The position numbers and the translations under genes are program-made. Shown piece after piece: positions 52,806 to 62,937 of a DNA stretch of 64,000 nt; within the stretch, counting starts at the first letter, position 1, and every line of letters starts with the position of its first letter. This DNA is from a virus. Under the pieces are notes generated by a model. It had not been told where the DNA came from. It saw only the letters and a program-made list of their open reading frames with translations, and ran no database searches. The DNA is taken from the UHGV virus genome UHGV-0253196; one strand, written 5' to 3'.

Positions 52806-53912
52806 ATGGCAGTAAAGTTTAGAGTTAGACCAGAAAATAGTGTTAGTAATATTCCGGTTCCGTTTGAGACTGAAAGACAGCGGGAGATATTGATTCCAAA
52901 CAAAGATAAACTTACTCTTGAGGACTTGTATAATAAGTCACGGGACATACAGAGTAAGTGCCAGGACGCAAGTGTGATACTCACCACACCAGACACGGTG
53001 CACTACGATAGTGACCGGGACGAGTTTAGTTTCGTGACTGATGAAGGTGTTTTCCACACACTTGTGACAGACCATTCAAAATCACAAATGTGTAATAGAC
53101 TAGGAATACCTGTACGTTTCTTGCAGAGATTACAAGGTGCTGGTCTTCATGAATTAGCGTCTGAAAACATCAACACCCTGTTTACTACGGGTGATATGAA
53201 ACCTTTGTTCCTGCGTATGTACACAGATTCAGACAGACGTTATTTAAGAGGTATGCTTACACCGTCATACAGTCCAATGGACACTGGCGTAGTGTTAGAT
53301 AGTGTTATGGAATCTGTATCCGGGACAGACATTGAGAACTATAAGGTGAAATCATTCACACTGACACCAGAGCGTTTTCACACACGACTGACCGGGCCAA
53401 AGTTAAACATTCCCGGTGAAGACTTATACTCCGGTATTCAGATTGATTCCTCAGACGTAGGTAAGTCCAGTCTGTCCGTGAAGTATTTGATATACAAGTT
53501 AGTGTGTAAGAACGGTCTCATGGTGGCAAAGAAAGACTTCACCTTGTTTGAGAGAGTACACAAAGGTATGTCACCGTTAGAGTTTAGGGACAAGTTTGTT
53601 TCCTCTATAGAAAGACTACCAGAGTTGGTTGCTGTAGCTGAACACTTAATAACGTCCACCATGACTAAAGGCGAAACCTACGACTTTGAGAATATGGAAG
53701 AAGATGTTATGACGCATTTTATTAAGAGTGTCAAACACAAGACCGCACTTTCAGATAAAAGTATGGATAAAGTAATTGAACTTATGCAGATAAGGTATAC
53801 CCCTACACGCTGGGGACTTATCAATAGCATAACAGAAGTTGCGCAGGACTTCACTTTATCCAGACGGTTAGAGTTAGAGAAGATTGCGGGAGATATGTTG
53901 CTTGTTGCGTAA
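52806..53912 (+). CDS. hypothetical protein (368 aa)
   Basis: RBS AAAGGAG. Confidence 0.5.
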   Translation: MAVKFRVRPENSVSNIPVPFETERQREILIPNKDKLTLEDLYNKSRDIQSKCQDASVILTTPDTVHYDSDRDEFSFVTDEGVFHTLVTDHSKSQMCNRLGIPVRFLQRLQGAGLHELASENINTLFTTGDMKPLFLRMYTDSDRRYLRGMLTPSYSPMDTGVVLDSVMESVSGTDIENYKVKSFTLTPERFHTRLTGPKLNIPGEDLYSGIQIDSSDVGKSSLSVKYLIYKLVCKNGLMVAKKDFTLFERVHKGMSPLEFRDKFVSSIERLPELVAVAEHLITSTMTKGETYDFENMEEDVMTHFIKSVKHKTALSDKSMDKVIELMQIRYTPTRWGLINSITEVAQDFTLSRRLELEKIAGDMLLVA

Positions 53913-54297
53913 GCTAGAGTGTACAATAGAAGAAGACCTTAAGACGTTGGGTATTGTGCTTAATAGTACCCAACTGGTCTTCAAGCCTTACAGTAAGTCC
54001 ATGTATGCGTGTTACAGGGCCAAAACTGATAAAGTCTACCTGTATTTGTATCAAGACGCGGGAAAGACCAAAATTTACGATTATAAACACTATCTCACAC
54101 AGGTAGTACATGAAATGTGTCACGTCATTCAGTATTATGACCCGTTGTGGGTGCGCAAGAAAAATGTAATGCACGATAATAAGTTCTGGGAAATGTTAGA
54201 CCACTACTTATTAGAAGCAGAGCAGTTTTATCTATTTGATAAGGAGGTAATAACTAAAGATGACAGGTTCTTTACGTGCAAAAAGAACGAAGGTTGA
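53884..54297 (+). CDS. SprT-like zinc metallopeptidase domain protein (HExxH)
   Basis: YRAKTDKVYLYLYQ...VVHEMCHVIQY. Confidence 0.4.
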   Translation: MREICCLLRKLECTIEEDLKTLGIVLNSTQLVFKPYSKSMYACYRAKTDKVYLYLYQDAGKTKIYDYKHYLTQVVHEMCHVIQYYDPLWVRKKNVMHDNKFWEMLDHYLLEAEQFYLFDKEVITKDDRFFTCKKNEG

Positions 54298-54541
54298 ATT
54301 GAAAGACCTTCCTATTAAAGATAAGTTAGAGACAGTAATCAGCAGAACACTTTTAAATGCGTTTGAGTGGCTGTTTGTGCTTATCACGGTAGTGTCCCTA
54401 CTCAGCGCGTGTGCATTGCTGGTTTTAGTCATGTACAAAGTCTATTGTGGACAGTACACGGACGCTGTTAAACTATGTGTAGTGTTAGTTACTATGGTGT
54501 TAATCAACATTGTCGTTGAACCACCAGAGAGAAAGGTTTAA
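54260..54541 (+). CDS. small membrane protein
   Basis: Two hydrophobic segments. Confidence 0.4.
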   Translation: MTGSLRAKRTKVELKDLPIKDKLETVISRTLLNAFEWLFVLITVVSLLSACALLVLVMYKVYCGQYTDAVKLCVVLVTMVLINIVVEPPERKV

Positions 54542-54556
54542 AAAGGTGTTTGCAAA

Positions 54557-54895
54557 ATGACCGATAATGTGTTAGAATCTAACAGTAATCAGAAAACGTC
54601 CACAAACGAGGACACAACATTTGCCCAAGTGGTAGATATGTCCCGCGAAGATTTTAAAAAATATTGCGAGGGTATGAACGCAACGTTACTTTTAGGTCTT
54701 AGAAATTTACTGGCCTCCACCTACGTCAATGTAGAAAGTGCAAAAGACAAAGTTGTTGATATGATGGTGAAAGACGCTAAGGTGAAAGAAGACCCTGTAT
54801 ACCAGAAACACTTACAGGACTTATACTTATTGTTACAAGACCTAGAAGACAAGGCGGCCTACATACGTGCGTTATTAACTGCCCCGCTTAATTAA
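54557..54895 (+). CDS. hypothetical protein
   Basis: ORF with ATG start. Confidence 0.45.
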   Translation: MTDNVLESNSNQKTSTNEDTTFAQVVDMSREDFKKYCEGMNATLLLGLRNLLASTYVNVESAKDKVVDMMVKDAKVKEDPVYQKHLQDLYLLLQDLEDKAAYIRALLTAPLN

Positions 54896-55004
54896 TAGAT
54901 TAGGACGCAGACGAGAAAGTGAAATGTGGTGTTGACACGCTGAATCTAGTGTGTTATAGTAACACCACAACAACAAAAACACACCACGAAAAGGAGAAAA
55001 GAAA

Positions 55005-56069
55005 ATGAACAAAAAGTTACTGGGAGCAATCGAAGAAGCAATTAAGGGACTGAACATGGTTGCAGAGGCAATCAAAGCAGAAGGTGCAGACGTAGACGAG
55101 ACCAGCGCACCCGCAAAGAAGACACCTGCGGGAAGAAAAGCAAGTGATAAGAAAGCACCTGTAAAGTCCTCCCCAGCGAGGAAGACCGCAGACGAGGACG
55201 AAGATGATTCTGCTGGTGAGTACACCTATGAAGAACTCATGGATATGCCGTACAACGACATGAAGAAGTACGCCAAGTCCGTTGGTGTTACTGCAATGGG
55301 TTCCCGTGAGAAGATTGTCAATGACATTCTTAAGACCTATGGTGTTGAAGCCCCGGACGAAGAAGATGAAGACGAGGACGAAGCACCCAAGAAGAAAGCA
55401 CCTGCCAGCAAAAAGGCACCTGCTGGGAAGAAGACCCCCGCAAGCAAGAATTCTGCACCCGTTGAAGAAGAAGACGAGGAAGACGAAGAAGAAGATGAAG
55501 TGACCGCACAGGTCAACGAAGCTGTAAAAGACATGGAAGACAGCGAGATTGCAGAACTGCTTAAACAGGCGGGTCTTCCGTCCAAGGGTAAGAGAACTGC
55601 TTTGATTGCCCGTGTTATCAAAGGTGTTAAAGACGAAGTGATTGACCTGGACGGCGAAGAAGATGAAGACGAGGACGAGGAAAGTATCTACGATTCTCTG
55701 AATGACTACGAGAACAATGAGGAAATCCCGGAGGAAAGAGCCGCCGCTATCAAGAAGTTTGAAGCCGCGACCAACAAGAAGGTAAAAGCAAAGACCTTGA
55801 AGATGGCTATGATTAAGAAAGCACTCACCGCGTACTATGGTGATGAAGCTGACCTGTCCGAAGCAGGTGACGAAGAACTGGTTGAAGCCTATATCGACAT
55901 GAAGTGTCGCTTCATTGATGATGAAGGTGATAACTATGATGGCACAGACGACGCTTACTATGTGAATGGTATGCTTGCTTGCCACGGATATATCTGCGAA
56001 GAATCCGAAGACGGTTCCTCTCTTGTTTGCCCGGTGTGCGGTGCCGAGTACGAGAACGAAGCCGAGTAA
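55005..56069 (+). CDS. highly acidic protein with two SAP/HeH-type motifs and a C-terminal zinc ribbon
   Basis: ELLKQAGLPSKGKRTALIARVI is a SAP motif. Poly-D/E tracts. CPVCGAEY. RBS AAAGGAGAAAAG. Confidence 0.55.
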   Translation: MNKKLLGAIEEAIKGLNMVAEAIKAEGADVDETSAPAKKTPAGRKASDKKAPVKSSPARKTADEDEDDSAGEYTYEELMDMPYNDMKKYAKSVGVTAMGSREKIVNDILKTYGVEAPDEEDEDEDEAPKKKAPASKKAPAGKKTPASKNSAPVEEEDEEDEEEDEVTAQVNEAVKDMEDSEIAELLKQAGLPSKGKRTALIARVIKGVKDEVIDLDGEEDEDEDEESIYDSLNDYENNEEIPEERAAAIKKFEAATNKKVKAKTLKMAMIKKALTAYYGDEADLSEAGDEELVEAYIDMKCRFIDDEGDNYDGTDDAYYVNGMLACHGYICEESEDGSSLVCPVCGAEYENEAE

Positions 56070-56180
56070 TAAGACAGCCTGGGAAAGACCTAATCTATAA
56101 TTTAATTTGTGCGCACATTTAAAACAAAGGGAAACGCTGACGAGTGTTTCCCTTTTGTAATATAGAAAGGAAATACACAT

Positions 56181-56921
56181 ATGATGGAGTATAGAAGAAT
56201 ACCCAAAGGTGGTCTTTTCATAGACACCAAAGACGTTGACGACAATCTTATGACGTACACCAAACTGTACAAGGACAGACACAACCAGAGTGAATCCCTG
56301 TGCGGCGAAGAAACTATCCGCAATCATAGACCGGGTGTTGTGAATGAGCCGTTATTTAATGTGATACGCGATAAGTTCCAGCGGGCCAAAGAAGACATCC
56401 CTATAACCTTCTATCGGAAACCGATTAAGCTGTACACGTCTATCCGGGAGACAGAACACACCAATTTGATTGTGTATGATAAGTGTATTCTGAAAGGTGA
56501 ATATCCTGCATATCCACAAGGGTTCCTGTATGATGGCAGTACAACGATAGAATCATATGACCGTGAGAATTTCTATGACCTTATCATGTTGTCGGCGTTT
56601 GAAACACTCAATACTGTAGTAAATAAGGAGTTAGTTCGTGTTGCGGATATAAGAAAAGACTATGTATCTCATTCAACACCACTTCCAATAGGTGCGTGTT
56701 ATCTCAATGACTGTTACGTGGTAGTAACCACGCTTGCCATACATATGCCTTATTTTGCGCGGTTATCGGTGTCTTTAAATGAAAAGTATGATATAATGCC
56801 ATTGCATGAAATAAAGGATATGTTGCTTAATAACAGTGTTTGTTATCCTAACATGGGTGCGTTGTATGAGTTGTTCGCGTCCATGAATGAAATCAAAGGA
56901 GGAAAAGACCATGAGAGTTAA
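56181..56921 (+). CDS. hypothetical protein
   Basis: RBS GAAAGGAAAT. Confidence 0.5.
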   Translation: MMEYRRIPKGGLFIDTKDVDDNLMTYTKLYKDRHNQSESLCGEETIRNHRPGVVNEPLFNVIRDKFQRAKEDIPITFYRKPIKLYTSIRETEHTNLIVYDKCILKGEYPAYPQGFLYDGSTTIESYDRENFYDLIMLSAFETLNTVVNKELVRVADIRKDYVSHSTPLPIGACYLNDCYVVVTTLAIHMPYFARLSVSLNEKYDIMPLHEIKDMLLNNSVCYPNMGALYELFASMNEIKGGKDHES

Positions 56922-57309
56922 TAACGTAACTACCGTGTCTGGAATGACCCGTAACGTGGAGAACATTTCCCACAAGCCGAGAAGGTTCCAGCACCAGATT
57001 GAAGAAGACATAAAAGCAGAGAAAGAGTTATATGGTGAGTCTGTAGCATACGAGGAACCGCGCACCATTGAAACACCTTTGAATTACACAGGTGCAGTAC
57101 CTAAGTTTATCACCAAAGAGAAAGCAATACACTACTTTGAACAGAACGCGAAGGGTGAAGTTGCGGAGTTATATATTAAGACCGCAATGTGGTTAAGACA
57201 GAGTTTGTCCAATAAGAAAGACTACCAGGAAGTGTTGAAAGCTGTGCAGAGTAAAGACCTGTCTTCAAGTAATGTAGAAGACTTAGCGGAGGAAGAAGGT
57301 ACTGTATGA
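56911..57309 (+). CDS. hypothetical protein
   Basis: RBS AAAGGAGG precedes ATG 56911. Confidence 0.45.
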   Translation: MRVNNVTTVSGMTRNVENISHKPRRFQHQIEEDIKAEKELYGESVAYEEPRTIETPLNYTGAVPKFITKEKAIHYFEQNAKGEVAELYIKTAMWLRQSLSNKKDYQEVLKAVQSKDLSSSNVEDLAEEEGTV

Positions 57310-58718
57310 TTTTCCATAAGTTGAAACCGCGCGGGTATTATGATTTAACACAGTACCGGGCCACGTCACCTATGTTCTCTGACTATACCACACCTAAAAT
57401 GTATGAAGCAGACGAGGTAATGTATTTAGTCCCAATGACCGCAAAGGAAGTGTTAGAAGACACAGAGAACCAGCACTTTAAAGACGCACTGGAACTGATT
57501 GAAGAAAAGCTGGACGGTAAGCGGGCCACGCTTCATATGTATTATGACGAGTTTTCATATTCCCGTGTGTTTGGGCGCAGTAAGAGTGTAGTCACTGAAT
57601 GGCTATCAGAAGACACAGACCGTTTGCCACATTTGCGTGACCTAATATTTGATGAAGAATGGGCCGGGACGATAATTGACGGTGAGTTGAGAATACCCGG
57701 TTACGAGTTTAAAGAAGTGTCCAGTACCTTAAACTGTTTAGTAGAGGAAGCGATAAGCAGACAGCTTGAATATGGTCACGTTGTATTGAACGCTTTTGAC
57801 ATTATGTATTATAAAGGTGAGTGTGTGGAGAACTTACCACTTATCAAGCGAAAAGAGTTGCTTCATGAGGTTATAGAAATGCTACAGTCACCCTACGTCA
57901 TAGAACACCCATACTACGAGGGAATATGTGAAGTGCAAGAACTGACCGATAAAGACGGTCAAAGACTGTTAAAAGACATTACAGAGCGTTCAGAGCATAG
58001 TCAATATGTGACGTTGTTCCGTGAGATAAACGCACAGCGAAAACACACAGAAGAAAGCGGCACCTACAATTTAACACGCAAAGCATTTTACGAGTATATT
58101 GTACTTACAGGTGGGGAAGGTGTTATGATTAAAGACCGCAACGGTGTGTATGAAGAAGATAAGCGCACAAGGGCTTATCAGAAGATTAAAAAGACTATGA
58201 CAGTTGACGCTTTCATAATGGGATTCACACCACCTACCAAAGAGTACAAAGGTAAATTCCAAGACCCGCAAATTTGGCGTTATTGGGAAGACGAAGACGA
58301 AGTGTTGTGGGACACCTCCATTGAGGAAGACCTTAAGTATGTAGAAGACAATGTGGTCAACTGTAAGCCCGTGTCCAAGTATTTTGCTGAAAACTGGGTA
58401 GGCACTATGCGTTTTGGTGTTATCATCACTAAAGACGAGATAAAGAAACTGCCTAAGAAAAAGAAGTTTGTGGTGGAAGACTTTGTGTTTAATGGTGTTG
58501 ATGTTAAAGTAGTTGAAATAGGTGAGTGTTCCGGGTATGACGAAGACGTTAGAAAATACCTATCTGATAATCCAGATTCACACATAGGTGAGACTGTAGA
58601 AATCAAGTGCAACGGTATATTTGATGATACAGGTAAGTTAAGACATCCCCGTTTTGTGAGATTCAGACCAGACAAGTTAAACACTGATTGTACATGGAGG
58701 GAACACATTGACAGGTAG
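57306..58718 (+). CDS. ATP-dependent DNA ligase (could instead be an RNA ligase)
   Basis: Motif I EEKLDGKRATL (KxDG). EGVMIKDRNGVYEEDKR resembles motif IV/V. 470 aa. Confidence 0.7.
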   Translation: MIFHKLKPRGYYDLTQYRATSPMFSDYTTPKMYEADEVMYLVPMTAKEVLEDTENQHFKDALELIEEKLDGKRATLHMYYDEFSYSRVFGRSKSVVTEWLSEDTDRLPHLRDLIFDEEWAGTIIDGELRIPGYEFKEVSSTLNCLVEEAISRQLEYGHVVLNAFDIMYYKGECVENLPLIKRKELLHEVIEMLQSPYVIEHPYYEGICEVQELTDKDGQRLLKDITERSEHSQYVTLFREINAQRKHTEESGTYNLTRKAFYEYIVLTGGEGVMIKDRNGVYEEDKRTRAYQKIKKTMTVDAFIMGFTPPTKEYKGKFQDPQIWRYWEDEDEVLWDTSIEEDLKYVEDNVVNCKPVSKYFAENWVGTMRFGVIITKDEIKKLPKKKKFVVEDFVFNGVDVKVVEIGECSGYDEDVRKYLSDNPDSHIGETVEIKCNGIFDDTGKLRHPRFVRFRPDKLNTDCTWREHIDR

Positions 58719-58736
58719 TGTAAATCGTGATAGACT
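58708..58736 (+). promoter_or_regulatory. sigma-A-type promoter TTGACA-17-TAGACT inside the 3' end of the ligase gene
   Basis: Read directly from the sequence. Confidence 0.5.
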
Positions 58737-58829
58737 TCTTGTGTTGTTATATAGAAGCGGCTAAACCTAAGTCTGAAATGACAAAAGTTTACCGTGACTT
58801 ATGCAGACTGTACACAGGAGGACGACACC

Positions 58830-59186
58830 ATGAATGTAATTGCAATCAGAAGGAATAAGACCTACAAATACCCATTAAGACTAAACACCAAGTATGCCAC
58901 TTGTGAAGGTGGTAAGCACCTAACCCGTTGGGACGTATTTAAAATGTGGGTGCGCAGAAGAATATATTTGCCAATACTATATGACCACATTCTGTATGGA
59001 GGTAAGCCAGAGTATGGAGATACTTGTTGTCCATTATGCGGTTGGGATACCTGTGATTTAGATTCCCATTGGTGGGTAGAAGGTTCATCAAACCACTACA
59101 GCAATCCAGATGGGCATGAGAGTTGGACTACACACTATCTTTGTCCCAAGTGTGGCATACAGTTTCAGACCTTTGACAGCAATTAA
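58830..59186 (+). CDS. zinc-binding protein immediately upstream of the terminase (possible small terminase or HNH-like accessory; unresolved)
   Basis: RBS ACAGGAGGAC precedes ATG 58830. CCPLCGW...CPKCG. Confidence 0.4.
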   Translation: MNVIAIRRNKTYKYPLRLNTKYATCEGGKHLTRWDVFKMWVRRRIYLPILYDHILYGGKPEYGDTCCPLCGWDTCDLDSHWWVEGSSNHYSNPDGHESWTTHYLCPKCGIQFQTFDSN

Positions 59187-59220
59187 GTGCTGGAAATAAA
59201 CTTAATAGTAGTGTATAATA

Positions 59221-59258
59221 AAGCCACGGTGATTAAAGCCGCTGGCTTTATTTTTATG
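59221..59258 (+). terminator. hairpin AAAGCC GCT GGCTTT followed by ATTTTTAT
   Basis: Read directly from the sequence. Confidence 0.5.
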
Positions 59259-59277
59259 TAAGAAAGGGTGTGATTGT

Positions 59278-62200
59278 GTGTCTCATAAATTGGGACGTTT
59301 TATTTTGTGGTGGAAAATAACACTGTGTTTTCTGCTGTCATGGGTGTTAGACCTTTGTGATTGTACACTTGTTAGAGTTATAGAGGTCACAGTGTTTGCC
59401 GGGAGAGTGAAGACTACAGACCTAGTGAACATGATATTTAATTTCTGTGAGCTATATTCTGGCAAGACTATGTTCCCGTACCAAGCACAGTTCTCAAAGA
59501 GGGTTATCCGTTCAATACTGTTAAATGACGGTGAAGAAATAACAGCCCTGTTTGCGCGACAATCTGGTAAGTCAGAGACCATAGCAATAACAGTTGGTGG
59601 TCTTATGATTATGTTGCCACAGCTTGCCAATATGCCAATGTTCGCGGGAGACACAAGACTTGAAATGTTCAAAGACGGTCTCTGGGTTGGTATATTCGCG
59701 CCCGGTAAACGACAAGCAGAGATTACCTATAACCGTGTAAGACAGCGGTTGCAGTGTAAGACCGCATTAGCAGTAATGCAAGACCCGGAATTTAATCTAT
59801 ACTTCCACACGTCCAACGGGCAAACGTGTTCACTGTCTAACGGTTCTTTCGTTACGTGTATATCAGCGTCCGACCAGTCCAACATTGAGGGTGAATCTTT
59901 CAAACTTATTATATGTGAGGAATGTCAAGACATATCCAACTATAAGATTAGAAAGTGTTTGACTGGTGACACACTTGTGCTGACTGATAGTGGTAAGTAT
60001 AAAAGGCTTGATGAAATAGTAAAAGACCAAACAGATAGTGTTGTGTGCTATGACAGTACAATGTCTTATTTGCAGGTGAGAAAGCCCAAAGAGTATTTAG
60101 ATAATGGCGTTCAAGACGTATATGAGATAACACTAGATAACGGGGAGACTATAAAAGCTACAGAAAACCATCAGTTTTACACGTATAACCAAAAGACCCA
60201 CGGCGAGAAGTGTGCATTTAGGACTGTAAATCAAATAAAGGACAGTATGTGTAATGACCGTCCTTTAAGAATAGGTGTACCTGCGAGATTGCCTTACTTT
60301 TCAGATGAAAAGCAGAATGACTACGAAGAAGGGTTAATTTTAGGTTATTTCTTAGGTGACGGGTGCACAGTATCGACACCTAAGTTTATAGGTGATATAC
60401 CTACGTGTAATAGACTTTATGATACTATTCGTAGATGTATAGACCCGGATATAAAAATGACAGAAACACACTACAATGAACAGAATGGTATGTTAGAGGT
60501 GTGTTTTTCTACTGAAACGAATAAGAAGTATTCTAACTCACTTAGGAACTTCTTTATGTGGTATGGTTTAGCCGATAAAACGGGTGTTGATAAAAAGTTG
60601 CCAGAAAACACGCTGTACTCAAAACAGTTCTATAGAGGTCTTATAGAAGGACTTATAGAGACAGACGGCAGTATAGAGTGTTGTTGTACTAAACCTGTTA
60701 TATCCTTTGCGGGAATATCAAAACACCTTGTAGAACAAGTAAAAGAAATACTTAATCGTTTTGGTGTTCATTCTACAATACACAGTGTTGATAACACAGG
60801 AGGTTTATCTAAAAACTCAAAGACCTTGTGGTTACTTCACATTAAGTCAGTTCATGACATAAGGTTGTTTGCGGAGGAATTTGTGTTATTTAGAAAGCAA
60901 GTGTATTTGAATGAAGCACTTGAAACAGTCAAGGACAAAGAAGATAGGGAGGTGTCTAAATACTATTCCGAAGAAATGCGTTTCTGTGCGGTAAAGAGTA
61001 TTGAGTATGTAGGTAAGGAACACACCTACTGTTTAAGTGTTGAAGGTAGAAACTTTATAGCAAATGGTATGATAAGTTCAAATAGCATACACCCAATGGG
61101 CGCCGCTTATAATGCTACCATAGTTAAGATTGGTACTGCTACCACCTTTAAGGGTGATTTTTATGACGCTATACAGCGTAACAAGACCAACTACGAGCAT
61201 AAGAAAAAAGAGTACCGCAAGCGTGGCAGTAATATATCTACACTTGTTCGGAACCATTTTGAGTATGACTATAAAGTGGCCGCTAAGTATAACCCTAAGT
61301 ACGCCAAGTATGTTGAACAGGAAATGAAGCGTTTAGGCGAAAACTCAGACGAGTTTAGAATGGCGTACTGTGTTACACCAGAAACGCGTATACTTACAGC
61401 AGACCTACGACACGTAAGGGCAGACCAAATTAAACCGGGAGATAAGTTGATAGGTTTTGATGAAAATGTACCAAGTAAGTATGGACAAAGAAGATTCAGA
61501 GAGTCTATTGTTGAAGATGTGGGTGTGATACAAAGACCTTGTTATAAGTTGACACTTGAAGATGGAACCAGTGTAACAAGTTCATCTGAACATATGTGGT
61601 TAGTGTTTACCGCAGGAAGTAGAACACAGTGGAAGAAGACAGAAGATTTAATGCTTACTGACCGGATATATAAAGTAAGTGACGTGTGGGATACCCCAGA
61701 TGAACTTAATTATAAGATAGGATACTTATCCGCCGCATTTGACGGGGAAGGTTGTGTGTGCCAGTTAAAAGGTAAAATCAGTCAAGTGTCATTTTCACAG
61801 CGTAACAATGCTATGCTTAAAAAAGTAAAACAGTATCTAACAGATTTAGGGTTTACTTATGGTGAACGGGTAGAGCATAGAGAAGGTTACGATTCTGTTC
61901 ATCATTTGTACTTAACAGGTGGTAAATATGAATTGTATAGATTTTTAGGTACAGTAAGACCACAAAGATTGCTGAATAATTTTGATGTTAATAGATTAGG
62001 TACTCTCAGATGTGTAAATTATGCTAGTAGAGGTTTTACACATCCATGTGTTATAAAAAAGCAGTTTATAGGTGTTCAGACAGTTATACCTATAAGGACT
62101 TCTACACGAACCTTTGTCGCTAATGGTTTTGCTAGCCATAACTGCTTAGAGTGGATTATCGAACGTGGTATGTTCGTTGATATAGATAAGTTTGAGGTTG

Positions 62201-62934
62201 CAAATGGTGAACCAATGCTTGAACGTGTTTCTTATGACAAGAAAGCTAAACACGTTGCTGGTATAGACGTAGGTGGTAAGAATGACGATACCATTATCAC
62301 CATAGTAGAGGTAGACTGGTCTATGCCTGTTATCATGGAGGAACGTACAGAAGATTCCGGGCAAAGAATCATGTATGAAGCGTATAACACCTTTATTGTA
62401 GACTGGTGTTGTATAGCAAATGAGCCGGATTATGAAATTCAGTACAACATGATAATACACTACTTAAACAATTTCTGGGTAGTCCGTGTTGTGTGTGACG
62501 CAACCAGAGAGGCAAGTTTGGCCCATAGACTAAGAGCAAATTTAAGGTGTGAAGTCATACCATACATTTTCACCACGGTGTCTAAGTCCGAACTGTACAA
62601 GCTGTTAGACACAGAAATATCTTCCGGGCGCGCAAGAGTTCCATGCGGTGAAGCTACGAAAGAGACCAAAGAGTATAAGTCATTCATGAAGCAGTTAGGT
62701 GATTTACAAAAAGGCTGGTCTGGTGCGCACATGGTATGTTGCCACGGTTCCGGGAAAGACGACCATGATGATTACTGTGACAGTTGGGCTTTAGCTGTGT
62801 GGGGTGCTAGTAGTAAGGGAGAAGAAAATAACACAGAGACACGGGAAAATAAGTTCATGAAGAAGACACCAAACGAAAAGACCGCAAACAACAGACGTAA
62901 TTGTTTGACGGCGCGAAGAATGAGAAGGAGGTAA
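59278..62934 (+). CDS. terL: terminase large subunit interrupted by two inteins; the extein is about 584 aa. The start is uncertain: GTG 59278 gives a hydrophobic N-terminus, and the real start may be ATG near 59431 or 59473
   Basis: Walker A ARQSGKSE, Walker B-like LIICEE, and a C-terminal nuclease-like acidic region. The portal gene follows. Confidence 0.7.
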   Translation: MSHKLGRFILWWKITLCFLLSWVLDLCDCTLVRVIEVTVFAGRVKTTDLVNMIFNFCELYSGKTMFPYQAQFSKRVIRSILLNDGEEITALFARQSGKSETIAITVGGLMIMLPQLANMPMFAGDTRLEMFKDGLWVGIFAPGKRQAEITYNRVRQRLQCKTALAVMQDPEFNLYFHTSNGQTCSLSNGSFVTCISASDQSNIEGESFKLIICEECQDISNYKIRKCLTGDTLVLTDSGKYKRLDEIVKDQTDSVVCYDSTMSYLQVRKPKEYLDNGVQDVYEITLDNGETIKATENHQFYTYNQKTHGEKCAFRTVNQIKDSMCNDRPLRIGVPARLPYFSDEKQNDYEEGLILGYFLGDGCTVSTPKFIGDIPTCNRLYDTIRRCIDPDIKMTETHYNEQNGMLEVCFSTETNKKYSNSLRNFFMWYGLADKTGVDKKLPENTLYSKQFYRGLIEGLIETDGSIECCCTKPVISFAGISKHLVEQVKEILNRFGVHSTIHSVDNTGGLSKNSKTLWLLHIKSVHDIRLFAEEFVLFRKQVYLNEALETVKDKEDREVSKYYSEEMRFCAVKSIEYVGKEHTYCLSVEGRNFIANGMISSNSIHPMGAAYNATIVKIGTATTFKGDFYDAIQRNKTNYEHKKKEYRKRGSNISTLVRNHFEYDYKVAAKYNPKYAKYVEQEMKRLGENSDEFRMAYCVTPETRILTADLRHVRADQIKPGDKLIGFDENVPSKYGQRRFRESIVEDVGVIQRPCYKLTLEDGTSVTSSSEHMWLVFTAGSRTQWKKTEDLMLTDRIYKVSDVWDTPDELNYKIGYLSAAFDGEGCVCQLKGKISQVSFSQRNNAMLKKVKQYLTDLGFTYGERVEHREGYDSVHHLYLTGGKYELYRFLGTVRPQRLLNNFDVNRLGTLRCVNYASRGFTHPCVIKKQFIGVQTVIPIRTSTRTFVANGFASHNCLEWIIERGMFVDIDKFEVANGEPMLERVSYDKKAKHVAGIDVGGKNDDTIITIVEVDWSMPVIMEERTEDSGQRIMYEAYNTFIVDWCCIANEPDYEIQYNMIIHYLNNFWVVRVVCDATREASLAHRLRANLRCEVIPYIFTTVSKSELYKLLDTEISSGRARVPCGEATKETKEYKSFMKQLGDLQKGWSGAHMVCCHGSGKDDHDDYCDSWALAVWGASSKGEENNTETRENKFMKKTPNEKTANNRRNCLTARRMRRR
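59956..61083 (+). mobile_element. intein 1 (376 aa) with a LAGLIDADG homing-endonuclease domain, inserted after YKIRK in the terminase ATPase domain
   Basis: CLTGDTLVLTDSG start and NFIANGMISSN end, with +1 Ser. Internal LILGYFLGDGC and GLIEGLIETDGS. Confidence 0.65.
61369..62142 (+). mobile_element. intein 2 (258 aa, LAGLIDADG-type) in the terminase nuclease domain
   Basis: CVTPETRILTADL start and TFVANGFASHN end, with +1 Cys. Internal IGYLSAAFDGEGCV. Confidence 0.65.
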
Positions 62935-62937
62935 CAA

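Noticed and set aside
55017-56327. 436-aa minus-strand ORF antisense to the acidic SAP-domain gene
   Set aside because: It is the low-complexity mirror image of GAA/GAC/GAG repeats on the + strand and has no RBS. The + strand gene has a strong RBS and recognisable motifs.
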